64,000 bases of DNA from Camelus ferus. Its lineage: Eukaryota. How positions within the stretch are numbered: position 1 is the stretch's first letter; every line of letters begins with the position of its first letter. Positions 1 to 12,815 of this stretch are shown here, in pieces. The stretch covers positions 117,120,001-117,184,000 of the forward strand of contig NC_045697.1 of assembly GCF_009834535.1 (NCBI RefSeq), read 5' to 3'. A model generated the notes under the pieces. The model did no database searches. It saw nothing but the letters and a program-made list of their open reading frames with translations, and was not told the origin of the DNA. Made by a program: the position numbers and the translations under genes.

Positions 1-1543
1 AAAAAACCCAAATTGTGAATGATTTTTCAAATACTTCTGGAGTTAAATGTAAATACACATTTCTAAAAGCAATTAGTCAGATTTTCCACTATGTAGAAAT
101 ACTGTCCTTGAACAGTGAGCCCAAAGAGATTAAACATCAGTTTAAAAAGAAGATTTTTGCCGTAAAATGGAATAAATTAAATTTAAATAAGCCACATTAT
201 ACTTGCCAATCACTGGAGAACTGCATATGTAGCAACATTTTCTTGAGCATCACTTTGTAAAGCAAGTGAAAAAAAAAGATCTCATCATCTAAACAATCAC
301 TGTTTAATGCATTTTTATAAATATGGATTTTCTATGGTGAGCAACTATTTTTCAAAGTAGGTCATACCTGCCATGGAAAATGTTAACTAAAGGAAAGCTT
401 TTTAACTATAGATTTTTGTGTGTGTTTACATATTGATTTGTCGTTCATATTTGCAGCTCACAGAAGCGAAGAAAGTAATATAAAATTACAACCATGTATA
501 AAGTTAATCTCCAAAATGTCGTGAAAAGTGGCATTTCTGTTAGATAAATTATAGCACTTTTTTTAAATATAATTTGCCTTCATCCCGCATGAAAGCTGTT
601 GAAATCTATGCCATTTGAAAATTAATTATTTCTGTCTTCAATATTGCCTTTGACAAGGTAAGAAACAGTTGGATTCATTCTAATTTGCTTCAAGTACTGG
701 TAATTATAGAGAGTGTGAAGAAAGCTCTCCTCTCAATTCTCTGTAATTATTATAAGACATATAACACACCTCTTAGAAAAGCAAATTCTCTGAGTTCATC
801 ACCTCTGCCCCTCTGGACATATAATGTAACGTGTTTCTCCTTCTCTCTCTTTCCCTCTTTTGGTTTCGTTTAAAGAGAAATATATTATGGAGGTGCCATT
901 ACAGATTTTTATGGGAAACCACTTTTGAAGGCTTTTTGGTTTAAAATATGGAGCTGACTACAACCTTCTGAAGCCTTTCATGAGTTTTGTTATCATATTT
1001 TCTCCATCCTGTATTATTAGAGTGGCGTTATGTATAAATATTCATTCTTGATGACTTTAATTTGGTCTCTGTTCAGGAGTCAAGCCCGTTGAGGCAAGCT
1101 GGAATCTGGATGGTTCTCCCTAGTATTTTGTGACCAATTTTGGGTCAGGTGCAAATGTGAGGGGCGTGTCTTGGGTGCCTTCTGACTCTTCTCTGCGCCG
1201 GCCCAGAAGTCCAAGATCTGTGATGCTTTCCCAGACCTCTCTACGTGCTGACCAGGTGTCAGTCACCAACGCTTACTGGGGTTGGTTGCACAATGAGTCT
1301 TAGTTTCGCCTTACGGTAGTGTGATTGTTCACTGTTTTATCCAGACGTATGTGTTAGGAGAGTCACAACATGTTCCCACAGTCTCCTTGTGACTAACTAA
1401 TCTCTAGAATGAGCAAAAGTCCACAGGTGAGAACTGGAGAGGCAGAAGCTGCAGGTGGGCTGGGAAGAGGCTGGGAACCAGACCTCAGGCTCCAGTGCGT
1501 ATGACCTTCCAGCGCAGTGGAGCTTTGGAAGGGCTAGGACTAT

Positions 1544-2160
1544 TGTGGCAGGCAGAATAATGGTCCTCCAAAGGATGTCGGCGCACTAACTCTTGGTACC
1601 TGTGAACATGTTAACTTCCACAGCAAAATTGACTTTGAAGATGTAATTAGGGCTGTGTACCTTAGAGCAGGGAAATTATCCTGGATGATTGGTGTGGGCT
1701 CAGTCTGATCACATGAGCCTTTAAAAGCAGAGGACACTGCTCAGCAGGCAGAAGGAGGCAGAAGGGAGATACAGCAGAAGGGGGTTCTCAGCATAAAAAG
1801 GGTTTGACACTCTATTGCTGGCTCTGAGAGGTAGAGGCTTACTTGTAAGGATGGGGGAGAAGCTTCCTCTAGGATCTGAGGGAGGCGTCTAGAGGAAAGT
1901 CAGGAGGAAATGAGGGACCTCAGTCCTACAGCCGCAAGAACTGGACCTTGCCAACAATCTGAAGGAGCCAGGGACAGATTCTCCTACAGAGCTTCTCTCT
2001 GAGAATCCAGCAGGAAAACACTTTGAGTCCAGCCCGGCGAAGTCCAGCTCGAAGCAGAGGAACCATACCCTAACCTACAGGATTGTGAGAAAATCAGTGC
2101 GTGTTGTTTGAAGCCAAATAATCTCTGTAATCTGCTTAGCAACAATAGAAAATTAATGCA
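1544..2160 (+). mobile_element. MaLR (ERVL-MaLR) solo LTR, MLT1D/E-like
   Basis: Starts TGTGGCAGGCAGAATAATGG..., contains 'gggaaattatcctggat', 'cctcagtcctacagccgcaagaactgg' and ends '...tgttgtttgaagcc...gcaacaatagaaaattaatgca'. These are recalled MLT1 hallmarks. Confidence 0.8.
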
Positions 2161-4149
2161 GTAATTAATATCCTTGGCAAATTTGAAGTCAAGTTTGGTT
2201 GGTTTTATGTAAAGAAAATGATGATAGTGATTTCTTGAAGTAAAACTTCTCCTTCATCACATAAAATGTGATTTAGTTTTTATGTTACATGTTTACTGAC
2301 CTAATCTAAATGCTTACCTAGGATCAGCATTAACTACGGCAACTGATGCTGGTCTTCAGTTTTACAGGGGAGCGACTGCCCTGATAGGATCTCAGGATGT
2401 CACAGAAATTGAGGGCCGGGAGCGGAGTACCTTGGTTTCTCATGATCAGGATAATTTTCATAAATCAATACCAAGTGGCAGTGACATGTCTTCATTTAAT
2501 GTCGGGACATCTGGGCTCTTCAACGACTCCGACTCACATCAGCTAGTGCCCTTGAGCAAATTCCTTATCTCTCGGGATGTCAGCTGCATTGTCTGTAAAA
2601 GAGGAGCATTCATAAAAGCAATCTTCAGGACCTTTGCCAGCACTGAGAGCCTGTGGTTCTTTCTGGGAGCAGTGCAATGAGGGACAGGTAGGGACCCACA
2701 ATGGGAGGTGCAAAGGGGGAGATGTTCCGACTTCGCCTTTCTCAGGGAAGTGTCGTGAGGATGAAAATAATAGCAACAAAAATGTTTGCCTTCCCTGCCT
2801 CCAGGTGTTTTCCATCTGGAATTAGGTTTTAATTCCCTTGGACTAGCCAGGTGCTCACCGACAGTCCCATTGTCTCTCCTGGACAACATGCCCCTCCATA
2901 TGTTGTTTATTCCACTTCTCTGATTTGAAAGATGTTTAACATTTGCTTAAAGGAACCAAAGCAAATGTAAGGTTTTTTATTTCCTGTGGGTCGTCATCCA
3001 TTAACATTATACTTTATTCCCAAATTGGTGAAATGTGTCCTTTATTTTATTTTTTTATCTCTCCGTTGTTTTTAAAATCTTTTGGAACATTTTATTACAT
3101 CTCTCAAAACTTCTTTGTTTTACTCTGGTGATAACCTAGCCGAACAGGGCACAGTAGTCAGTCATATTTCTGTTTGGATAGATATTTACTGTCTTTTTAA
3201 AAAAAAATATGCCCAGTTGCAACTTACCACCTGTACACGCAGCTACAAATGAAGCTGGCATCACATTTACGCTATGAAAAAATGATCAATATGTTAGGTT
3301 AAACAGATATAAATAAAATTAAATTATCTCAAATGCCCAAATCATTTCAAATTTTGAAAAACCAAACTTTTACAGAATTTTATTGATCAAATTAATATAT
3401 TTTCTTCTGCCCACAGGGGTCCGGGAAATTTTGTTGGACGCATTTTATTATGCAGCTGCTTGAGGCTGGGAAATTGTGTTGCATAAAGTGTGTACATTAG
3501 CATAAATATGGATCTAGAGGGTTGCTGGGTTGCGTTTTTCTCTTCCTAAATCTGGATGATAGCAGCCATACTTGTAACTTGTTATTTTTTCTCGGGATGT
3601 TGTGTGTGTGTTAAATTCGGGTGGAATGTTCGGCGTGTTCCTCCTACATCCTGCGGTCTGCTGCGCTACGGGGAGTCAGGGAGGATCTGTTCCTGTTTCA
3701 GAAGCAGTAGTTTATAGAACACCAGGCTACCATGAGGTCCCCGTGGCTGCACACACCTCTTTGCTCATTCCGGGCAGTTGATCTGGGCTTTTATTTGACA
3801 TAACTTTTCTAAACTTCCTGCCAGCCAACCTTCCATGAGCCTTAAACACTCAGATCTGTATGAGAAAAGCATCCCATCCATACATAGAGAGTGGCCCCCC
3901 CTTCTCACTTCTCACGCCCCTCTCAATAATGATTTTCTACCCCTTCCCCAGGTTTTCCTTTTCTGCCTCTTATTTGGATTTTTCTCAGGTTTCTCAATCT
4001 TGAAAAAGTCTTTCATTCCAACTACATTCTGTTTCTCTCTTTCTCATGTCCCAAATCCCCAGATCATTCAGGGTGGACAGCTTCTATTTCCCTGTATCCT
4101 GCTGTCTCCTCAGTCCTCTTCGTTATGACTTCTAATAGCGCTACTTACT

Positions 4150-4723
4150 TTCAAGAGGATGAATGCAAAAAACATTTTCCAGAGCTTATTTCAACTGACC
4201 TCCCAGTGGCTTGGGACACTCTTGACTACTCATCATTATTGAAAATCTCTTTGTTTACTTCCAACACTATATTCTCTGATTTTCCTTCCAGCCAAATGGC
4301 TGCTTTGTCTCCTTTGACAGTAACCAAACGTTGGAATTTCTGGTAATTGGATGGTCATCAAATCTGGTGATCAAATATTGGAATTTCCCAAGGCTGTGTT
4401 CTAAGCTCTCTACTCTTTTCTCCCTGTGGCCCCTCCTCACCTAAGACTTCAGTGAGGAGAGCAGCATCTCCACACAGATGCTTTGAACGTATGCCAAACT
4501 CAGCATGTCTGTGACCAAACTCATAATCTTCTCTCACCAGTGTCTGGTCCTTGACTGTGTATTTCTACCTCGGATGATCACAGTAGAAGCCATCCATTAG
4601 GCATGTCAAGAACAAGAATTATTGTTGGTGCATAAACTTGTCCCATCTCCTCACACCTGTCCTGTGCCAAATCATCACCAAATCCTGTGAATATTTCTCT
4701 CCTAAATATTTTTTTGAATTGGC
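4150..4723 (+). mobile_element. LINE-2 relic, 5' part (interrupted by L1)
   Basis: Pyrimidine-rich L2-like motifs such as 'gacactcttgactactc', 'aactcagcatgtc..accaaactcataatctt' and 'atcaccaaatcctgt'. It continues after the L1 insertion. Confidence 0.6.
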
Positions 4724-4725
4724 CA

Positions 4726-5292
4726 TTTTCTTTTTTTATTGACTATTGTTGACTTACAATGTTGTGTTAGTTTCTGGTGTACAGGTTCAGTTATACACAT
4801 ATATATTCTTTTTCATATTCTTCATTTTAGGTTATTACAAGATATTGAATATAGTTCCCTGTGCTGTACAGGAGGAACTTGTTGTTTACTATTTTATATA
4901 TAGTAATGTGTATAAAATTCCAAACTTCTAATTTATCCCTCCCCTCCTTTCCACTTTGGTAACCATAACTTTGTTTTCTATGTCTGTGAGCCTGTTTCTG
5001 CTTTGCAAATCAGTTCCTTTGTGTCATTTTTTTCATCAGTGATATCATATGATATTTGTCCTTCTCAGTCTGACTTAGTTCACTTAGTGTGATCATTTCT
5101 AGGTCCATCCATGTTGCTGCAAATGGCATGATTTAATCCTTTTTCATGGCTGAGTAATACTTCATTATATATATATATCCAGTCATCTGTTGATGGACAC
5201 TTAGGTGGTTTCCATGTTAGCTACTGTAAACAGTGCTGCCATGAATATTGGGGTGCGTGTATCTTTTCAAATTAGAGTTTTCTCTGGATACA
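4726..5292 (-). mobile_element. Young 5'-truncated LINE-1 (3' UTR and end of ORF2)
   Basis: T-rich tail followed by 'ttacaatgttgtgttagtttctggtgtacag...gttccctgtgctgtaca', homologous to copies at 11890, 22505, 46770, 55485 and 58280. Possible degenerate TSD cattttcttt / cactttctat. Confidence 0.9.
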
Positions 5293-5299
5293 CACTTTC

Positions 5300-6000
5300 T
5301 ATATTTCTACCAACTGACTGCATCCTAGTCCAAGCTCCACCCTCCATCTCGCGGATGACTACTATGACAGGTGCCACTGTGTCCCTCCTCCCAATTCTTT
5401 TGCACATTTTCACCAGGGCACATTTTCAAAACACACATCTTTGCCTCCTTTGACTATAAGACTCTTGAATCACTCTTCGCTATAGGGTAAAACCCCTCCA
5501 ATTTTAAATATAGTTAAAATGAAACAAAACATCTCTGCAGACCTGGTCCTTGTTTATTCTTGAGGTTTTAGCTCATATGGTTCTACCTACTCATTCTCTT
5601 GGCTCCAGTCATATTGGCCATCTTTCAATGTCTGGGATGCTAAAACATCAACTTTTCTCTATAATCCCAACAGCATTTCTGAGCACACTGTTTTCTCCTA
5701 CTGTTGCCGTCTTTCTCGTAGGTAACTCCTCCTTGCCCTTCACTCTGAGGTCCAAATATCTTCCTCATTACACTTTCATAGAACAATGTGTTTTGGTACT
5801 TTGGTGTTTTCCCCCTCATTTGGTGTGGTGCCTTATCCCAGTTTGTACTCATACATTTATTAATGTGATCCTGGAATAATTTCCCCATCCCCCTGGACTG
5901 ACAGGGCCATAACAGTTGAAACTATATCCAGTTTTGCTTTTAACTGAATCTGTTGTTCCTAGGTGCTCAGTAAGAATTTCTTTCATATTAAATGAATGAT
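5300..6000 (+). mobile_element. LINE-2 relic, 3' part
   Basis: 'cctagtccaagct..cc..catctc', and a terminal 'taggtgctcagtaa...aatgaatga' typical of the L2 3' end. Confidence 0.6.
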
Positions 6001-7194
6001 TCTTGTCATCCTTAAGCTTCAATCAAAATGCAAGCTTCTCCACTCCTGTGCAGGCCTTTCATTTACATTTCTAAACTTTCTTAGCCACCATTTTCCGAGC
6101 ACTGGTCCCTTTACTCACTCTTGTCAATTTTCCCTTATTATTTTGCATTTCCCGTAAATATTCCAATACTCAACCTCTTAGAAAAAAGCTATTTTACCTA
6201 CTTGCCTTATTGCTACTCCTATTTCTAGGGCTGGCATCTGCTATTGTAACTTTAATGGAACTAAGATAGTCAGTTTTAATCTCAGTCAATGTAAAGTTCT
6301 CTGGTCTTTATAATTAATGATAACCAGCCCTGTCACCTTCCAGTCTTTCCCATTTTTGTCATCTGTTGCCCTCCAGGTCATTCTCCAACATCTTCCAAAG
6401 ACTCTGCATCCCATTAATGTATAAATTCCTTTAAAATTCTCAGTGAGGTCTTACTGTGTCTGGACTCCGGGACTGCACTGTTAAACAGCGCATGGGAGGC
6501 TCCAGCTGCTGTGTGGCAGTGAAGTGTGGGAGAGGGAACCATATGGTCAACAAACAAGAGAATCAATTAATGGCTGATTTTCAGAGAGTTAAAGGGACTG
6601 AGCGGAAAATAATGTCAGGTGATGTGGCAGAGACTGCGGGAGGGACTCATTCTTTAGATTATTTAAATAGTCTGGAAAATCCCAGGAAATGTGCATGTAA
6701 ACAGAATATCCTTGAGGCTAACAACTTTCATGTTGTTACTGTAGAGGGGGTGAGGTTTAAAAGTCAGTCTCCAGACAGCCTTAAGGAGCAGGAACAGGGC
6801 TGTGATAGGTGCTCTTCATTACACATGGCTTCTGGTGTTACTATTTTCTCCTGTGTCTCTTGTTTGTCTTCCCTCCTGCTTCCCAACCACCACACACACA
6901 GAGACACACAGGCCAGATGGTTTCACCCCTCCCCACGCCTTTGCCTCTTTGAAATAATCTAACCCGCTGGGGAACGAGTGGGGCCAGAAGGAAAGCTCAG
7001 GTGCCATTTTGTTTTAAGGTCCACTGGCTCAGGACAGACAGTGATCTGACTGGAAAAATACAGGACTTCAGAACCTTTCCCTAACCATTCCTTTTCCAAC
7101 GTGCCTGACTTTCTTCCACTTCTGGTGCCCTGTCTGCTCATCCCAAACACAACGGCAAAACCACCATGTTCTGCCTCCCCAAGAGTTTTCTGTC

Positions 7195-7241
7195 GTGTGT
7201 GTGTGTGTGTATGTGTGTGTGTGTGTGTGCGCGCGCGCGCG
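7195..7241. repeat. (TG)n(CG)n microsatellite
   Basis: Direct reading: gtgtgtgt...gtgcgcgcgcgcgc. Confidence 0.95.
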
Positions 7242-10077
7242 CATGCCTATTATGTATGTGAACGTAGGAGAGACAGAGTGAGAGAGAGAGAGACCTATGG
7301 TTCATTACTCCCCGTTTTCTTTCTCTGACATCACTCGGGTTGAATTCAGAGTGGAAGTGACCAGCCTGTGTCTAGTGCACTTTCTAGTCGTGAAAGAGAA
7401 GTCCAATGATTACCTAATTTCAAATAAAAAAACCAAAAAACAAGAAGACTCTCAGTTCTGTTTTCCCTTGTCCTCTGTGTAAGATTTGATTCTGTTGACC
7501 ACTCACTCACTCTCCCTTCTTATCCCACTGCACCGTTCTCCTCTGATTCACCTCTGATCAGCGGTCCTTCCTACATGTTTCAAGTTAGAATTCAGCATCT
7601 TCACTACGGTACACGAGACCCTGTTGGCGCCTCTCCACTGCCCTGGTACCATGGCGCAGCCTTTCCCGAGGCACTGCTCACCACCGTGTGCCTGTGTCAG
7701 ACTCCTCTGTGCCTGTTTTGTTTACAGACATGCTGGTGACACCACCTGGAATATCCCTCTTCCCCACCTCCCTCTCCCTTTCCAGTCTAATCAGGAAATT
7801 CCTTTCTTTTCTAGGAAAAAAAAAAAAAAAAGAATAAAGAGAAAAAAAGCAAAGCTGGCCTGGTCTAGCATGCTGGAACCCCCTCCTCCAGTGCCATGTC
7901 TGACCTCTTCGTTTCTGGTGATGCTCAAGTGTTTGGTCGACATCTCTTCTCCTGTCTCCATGACTCACCCGTGAGCTCTGGTGGGGCAGAGGCTTTACTC
8001 CATCAACAATCTGGGGTATACACTAGTTAAGTTAAATATTTGTTACATTAATAAATGTGAAACACAATAAAAATTTTCAATAAACAAGGTTTTCATAGAA
8101 ATAGACAATTGGTATATTGATGACATATTTTCATAGAAAAATCAATGTGGTTTCTTTTTGATGTTTTGTTAAACTTCCACCTTGTAGACAACAACATTGC
8201 CAGCTTTCTACTGGATTAGAACAGTAAGCTGGGATTTTTCAAAGGCATAGATATTGATAGATAAAGAAAATTACGTATCACTGCAGAGGGTTTGTTTACT
8301 TTTATAAAAAATGCTCACTGCACACATTGATTTTTGTAATGGTATAGTTTTGATACGACTTAGGAAGTTTGAAATGAGATGACGTTTGAGCATATTTGTG
8401 TCATTGGATAAAACAAAAGCAGCAACGTAAAAATGAACGTATCTGAGCTTTGGCTACTTCTTACCCTTTTTGAAATCTCAAAAGTACTTTAGAGAAAGAT
8501 AATCAAGGTGCCCATAACACCATGAGGGAGAGCCCTCATTTCTGTACAATTGAACTACTCTTGAAATGCCTTTGTGTTTGAAAAATAAGTTGCTGAAAAG
8601 AACGTCTTCCCTGCGAGAAAACTATAAAACAAGAACACAACTTTCCCCTCTTCCAAGCTGAGTGGCGCCCTACTGTTTCAGGGGCCCATAAAGAGGTTTA
8701 ACGTCAAAACAATTTTTTAAAAAATCACGTATGATTAATTTAAATCCTTTCCCTATGTCCAGTTCACATAATAATGTTTTTCGTTATTTTTCTTTAAAAT
8801 GTGTGAAATATTAATGCCTAACATGATCATTCTAAGAGGCTCCTCACTCTTTTTCTTTCTGATAAGGAGCAATTTCCCTTAAATTAATGCTAAGAAGAAG
8901 AAGGAGTTAGAATTGATTCATGATTAATTATATTTTCTAAAGACATTTCTTTTTATTAAAAGGTAAAAAAAAAAAAATGAACCTGGGTAATTTCCACTTC
9001 ATTTGATATGAACTCTCATTGTGTTAGTGAGCCGAGCCATTTTGATCCATAAACTACTCCCACTTCAGTTTCTATTATTTTTCTGCACACTTGACAATTA
9101 AGACTTTTTTTTTTACTGCTACCTGCTGCTGAGCTAATTTGCCTGCCGATTATGCTTGTCAGTTTTATTCTATTTTTATCCCTCTGGAGAGCGACTCATT
9201 GGTCTCTTATTTAACAAGTCCAGCCCCGATGGGGCCGAGGAGAAGCAAACTCATTAAAAATCTGCATCCTGGTGCAAAGCACTGGTTATTTCTAGAGTTT
9301 TAAAAGTTTGTCACTTTCAAATTCGTGCCCCAGTTGGATAACAATTCTATGTTGTTATGCTGATTTTAAACAACTGGGCATATTACTAAAAAATGCTGTA
9401 GTTTTTGCATTTAGAAATAAAGTCTCTCTATTTGTCTTTCTGTTCAGCTTCAGCTAATATCATTAAATCCTTATGTAACTATAATGCAGCAGCCTGACTG
9501 CCAGAAGCGAGACTGTGTCAGCATTTTCTTTGTAAACATTCAATCTCGAAGGCTGGTAATAAATCAACCAAAAAATGATATTCTGTGATATACCTAAGAA
9601 TGCAAGTTCCCACACGAAAAGTAAGTTGTGTGATTGTTGTTATACAAAAATATAAATATCCCTTTACTGTGATTGTTTTAAATATCTCAAGGGAAGCTTA
9701 TGCTTGAGAAATACAATGATTTTTATTGTGAATGTTTCTTATGGGAGACTGCTTTCTTTTTTATTTCTAAAAGGCATCATCAGTTGCTTTTGTAATCATA
9801 ATATTACAACCTTCTTTCTCATGGGCTCCCTAAGTCTCATTCATACCATTCATGCTCTTTTCAACAGAAGTCCCTTGCAAATATTTAGGGGGCATTTCTA
9901 AGTGTCACGTATGATAAAGCTACAACCAAAATGTGCTGTAATCCAAAAGTGCAGGTTTGTTGCATTAGTTGGACTTAATGTCACTTCTGCAAAGTTTTGG
10001 ACATATTCTGAGCTCTGTAAATAACCCCATTTAAACTTCACATGAAATGTTTAAAATTCTCTACTTAATTTTGATAT

Positions 10078-10584
10078 TGTCGATTGAAATAAAATCACAC
10101 AACATGAGAATTGTGGGTTAAGGTTTATTTGGAGCAAAATGAGGACTATAGCCCAGGAGACAGCATCCCAGAAAGCTCTGAGAAACTGTCCCAAAGAGGC
10201 AGGGGAAAAGCTCAGTTATTATATATGATTTCAGTGAAAGAGGGGACGTGCAGTCAAGCACACACTTAGGCAGAGGCTGCTGCTAGCCATGAGGAGCAGA
10301 TGTCTCCCTTAATGATGTTAGTGCTTTTCTAGATAGGAGGAGATGCAAGAACTGGGGTCATAAAATCTCCTGAAAATATCTAACTATCTGATGGCCTGAT
10401 CTGCCAGTTTGCCCAGAGCACAGAGCGCCCCACTGCTGATTGCCACCCTGAGCTCCTTTCAGGGAGTGTTGGAGGTCAGCGGCTGCAGCGGCTGACGATT
10501 TAATCCAAACAGAGGTAGATGGCAAGTGCCAACGTGATCCAGTCCTTGTAGAGGCAGATGACAAGTGCCAGTTTTTGGTTGGCA
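10078..10584 (-). mobile_element. ERV1-class solo LTR (tentatively MER41-like)
   Basis: TG...CA termini, about 507 bp, 4-bp near-TSD atat/attt, and TTTATT (poly(A) signal on the minus strand) near 10124. The family is from recall only. Confidence 0.7.
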
Positions 10585-10599
10585 ATTTGCATCTACCTT

Positions 10600-11880
10600 A
10601 ATGTGCAAATCTTAACTGGTTAGCACTACGGGCTCTGACCATGGTGTGTATCCCATAAACCCCTCTTATTTCAAGATTAAGAACATTTCTGCCCCTACAG
10701 GGAGTCTCCTAACACTTCTTTCGAGTCAATTCTAGTCTCCAATGCCTCTTCAATCATTAACTAATTGTTCTCTCTTTGCTATTAATTTTTTAATTTATTT
10801 ATAAATGAATACAATAAATATTTATTAATATTTTTATTAGAGAATAACTTTCACACCTTTAAAATGTCATATAAATAAAATCATAGAGTAAGCTCTCTGG
10901 TTTCTAGGTTTTTCACTCGGCAAGTTGTGCTTTTTTTTTTTTTTTTTTTTTTCTGTCTTGCTAAATATTATCCTGCTGTTTATATGGAACACCTCCCTTG
11001 CTTACCTGGGTCATGGCCTAGATGTATGGTCAACTTTATAAATAAACATCAAACAGCTCTCCAAAGGAGCTGAACTATTTCCTACTCTCAACAAAAATGT
11101 GTGACAGTACCACTTGGTCTACATTCTAACCAACGGTTGTGACCAAAATCTTTTTGACCGTTTGATTTGAGTCATTCTAGTCGCTGTGGAGTTGCATCTT
11201 ACGATGTGGGGGGAGGGTGCAGCTCAGTGGTAGAGCTGTGTGCTTAGCACACAGCATGCTTAGCTATCCCCAGTAACTCCATTAAAACACACACACACAC
11301 ACACATACACACACACACACACAGTTGATTTATTGTGGTTACAATTGGCACTTCTCCGGTAAGTAATGATATTAAATACCTTTTCATGTACTTAATATCC
11401 GTTCAAAAAGTGTTACTATTAAAGACTTTTGCTCACTGTTTGTCACATTGTTTATTTTGAAATTGTTTATCTTTAAATTATTTCCCTGTAAGTGTTCTTT
11501 ATGCATGTTCAGGGAACAAGTGTTTGGTTAGATGTATGTACTGTAAATATTTTTCTCAGTTTTTGGATTACATATCATTTTTCACAGGTGTCTTTTGATG
11601 GACAGGGCAGACATTTTTCAGTTTCAAAGACTTCTAAATTACCAGTTTCATTTTTTCCCCCAGAATTTGTTTTGCTGTTTCTGTCTATCTAAAACTTTGT
11701 CTTCCTTTATGTTGTGAAAATATTCTGTTTTCCTCTGGAATCTTTACTAGGTCTAAGATCAATCTTGATCTAATTTTTGTGTTTGAAATGAGCTGAGACT
11801 CGAGATTCATTTTTTTCTCCCAATAACAATATCCAGTTATCCTAAGAACATCTGTTTAAAAGACTTAAAGAGATCTTCTT
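10600..11880 (-). mobile_element. Old L1M relic (3' UTR/ORF2 end), interrupted by a SINE
   Basis: Antisense L1 motifs 'cattctagt..tgtgga...attgtggtt...aatgatattaaataccttttcatgtac' and 'atccagttatcc..aacatctgtttaaaagact'. Confidence 0.65.
11208..11322 (+). mobile_element. tRNA-Ala-derived SINE (Vic-1-like), internally rearranged, with (CA)n tail
   Basis: GGGGAGGGTGCAGCTCAGTGGTAGAG head (A box) and ...ATCCCCAGTAACTCCA end. The B box is missing and the tail is a CA repeat. Confidence 0.85.
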
Positions 11881-11889
11881 GCTATCGAT

Positions 11890-12815
11890 TTTTTGTGATG
11901 TGTGGTTGGTTTAATTATCTTCATGTATACAGCATAGTGATTCAGTATTTTTGCAGATTATATTCCATTATAAGTTATTACAAGATAATGGATATAATTC
12001 TCTGTGTTATACAGTATAACCTCATTGCTTACCTATTTTATGTATAGTGCTGTGTATCTGTTAATCCCATGCTCCTAATTTATCCCACCCCACTTCCATC
12101 TCCCCTTTGGGAACCAAAGTTTGTTTCCCATGTCTGTGAGTTTGTTTCTGTTTTGCATCCACATTCATTTGAATTATTTTTTTTAGATTCCACATGTAAG
12201 TGTCTTTCTCTCTCTGACTTACTCACCAAGTACAATATTCACTAAGCTGAGTAGTACTCCATTATATATAGACCACATCTTCTTTATCCATTTATCTGTT
12301 AATGGGCACTTGAGTTGCTTCCATATCTTAGCTATTGTAAATAATGCCACTATAAGTGTTGAGGTGCATATGTCTTTTCAAATTAGTTTTCTTTGGATAT
12401 ATGCCCAGAAGTGGGATTGCTGGACCAAATGATAGCTCTGTTTATAGTCTTCTAAGAAACCTCCATACTGTTCTCCACAGTGACTACGCCAATCTGCATT
12501 CCCACCAGCAGTGTAGAAAGGTTCCCTTTTCACCACACCCTCTCTAGTATTTATTATTTGTTGACTGGTGATAATGATTCCGACAGGTGTAAACTGATAT
12601 CTTATTGGTGTTTTGATTTTCATTTCTCTAACAATTAGCAATGTTGAGTATCTTTTCACATGCTTACTAGCCATCTGTATGTCTTCCTTGGAAAAATGTC
12701 TATTCAGGTCTTCTGTTCGTTTTTTGATTGGGTTGTTTGTTTACTCAATATTGAGTTGTATAAACTGTTTATATATTTTGGATATTAACCCCTTGTTGTT
12801 CACATTATTTGCAAA
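11890..12815 (-). mobile_element. Young LINE-1, non-inverted 3' segment (ORF2 C-terminus and 3' UTR)
   Basis: ORF 12378..12674(-) [30 protein letters not shown] resembles the L1 ORF2p C-terminal region (KHMKRCSTSLIIREMQIKTTMRYHLTP). The 3' UTR matches the other copies. Confidence 0.9.

Noticed and set aside
12378..12674. ORF resembling a real protein
   Set aside because: It is a decayed LINE-1 ORF2p fragment that drifts out of frame, not a host gene.
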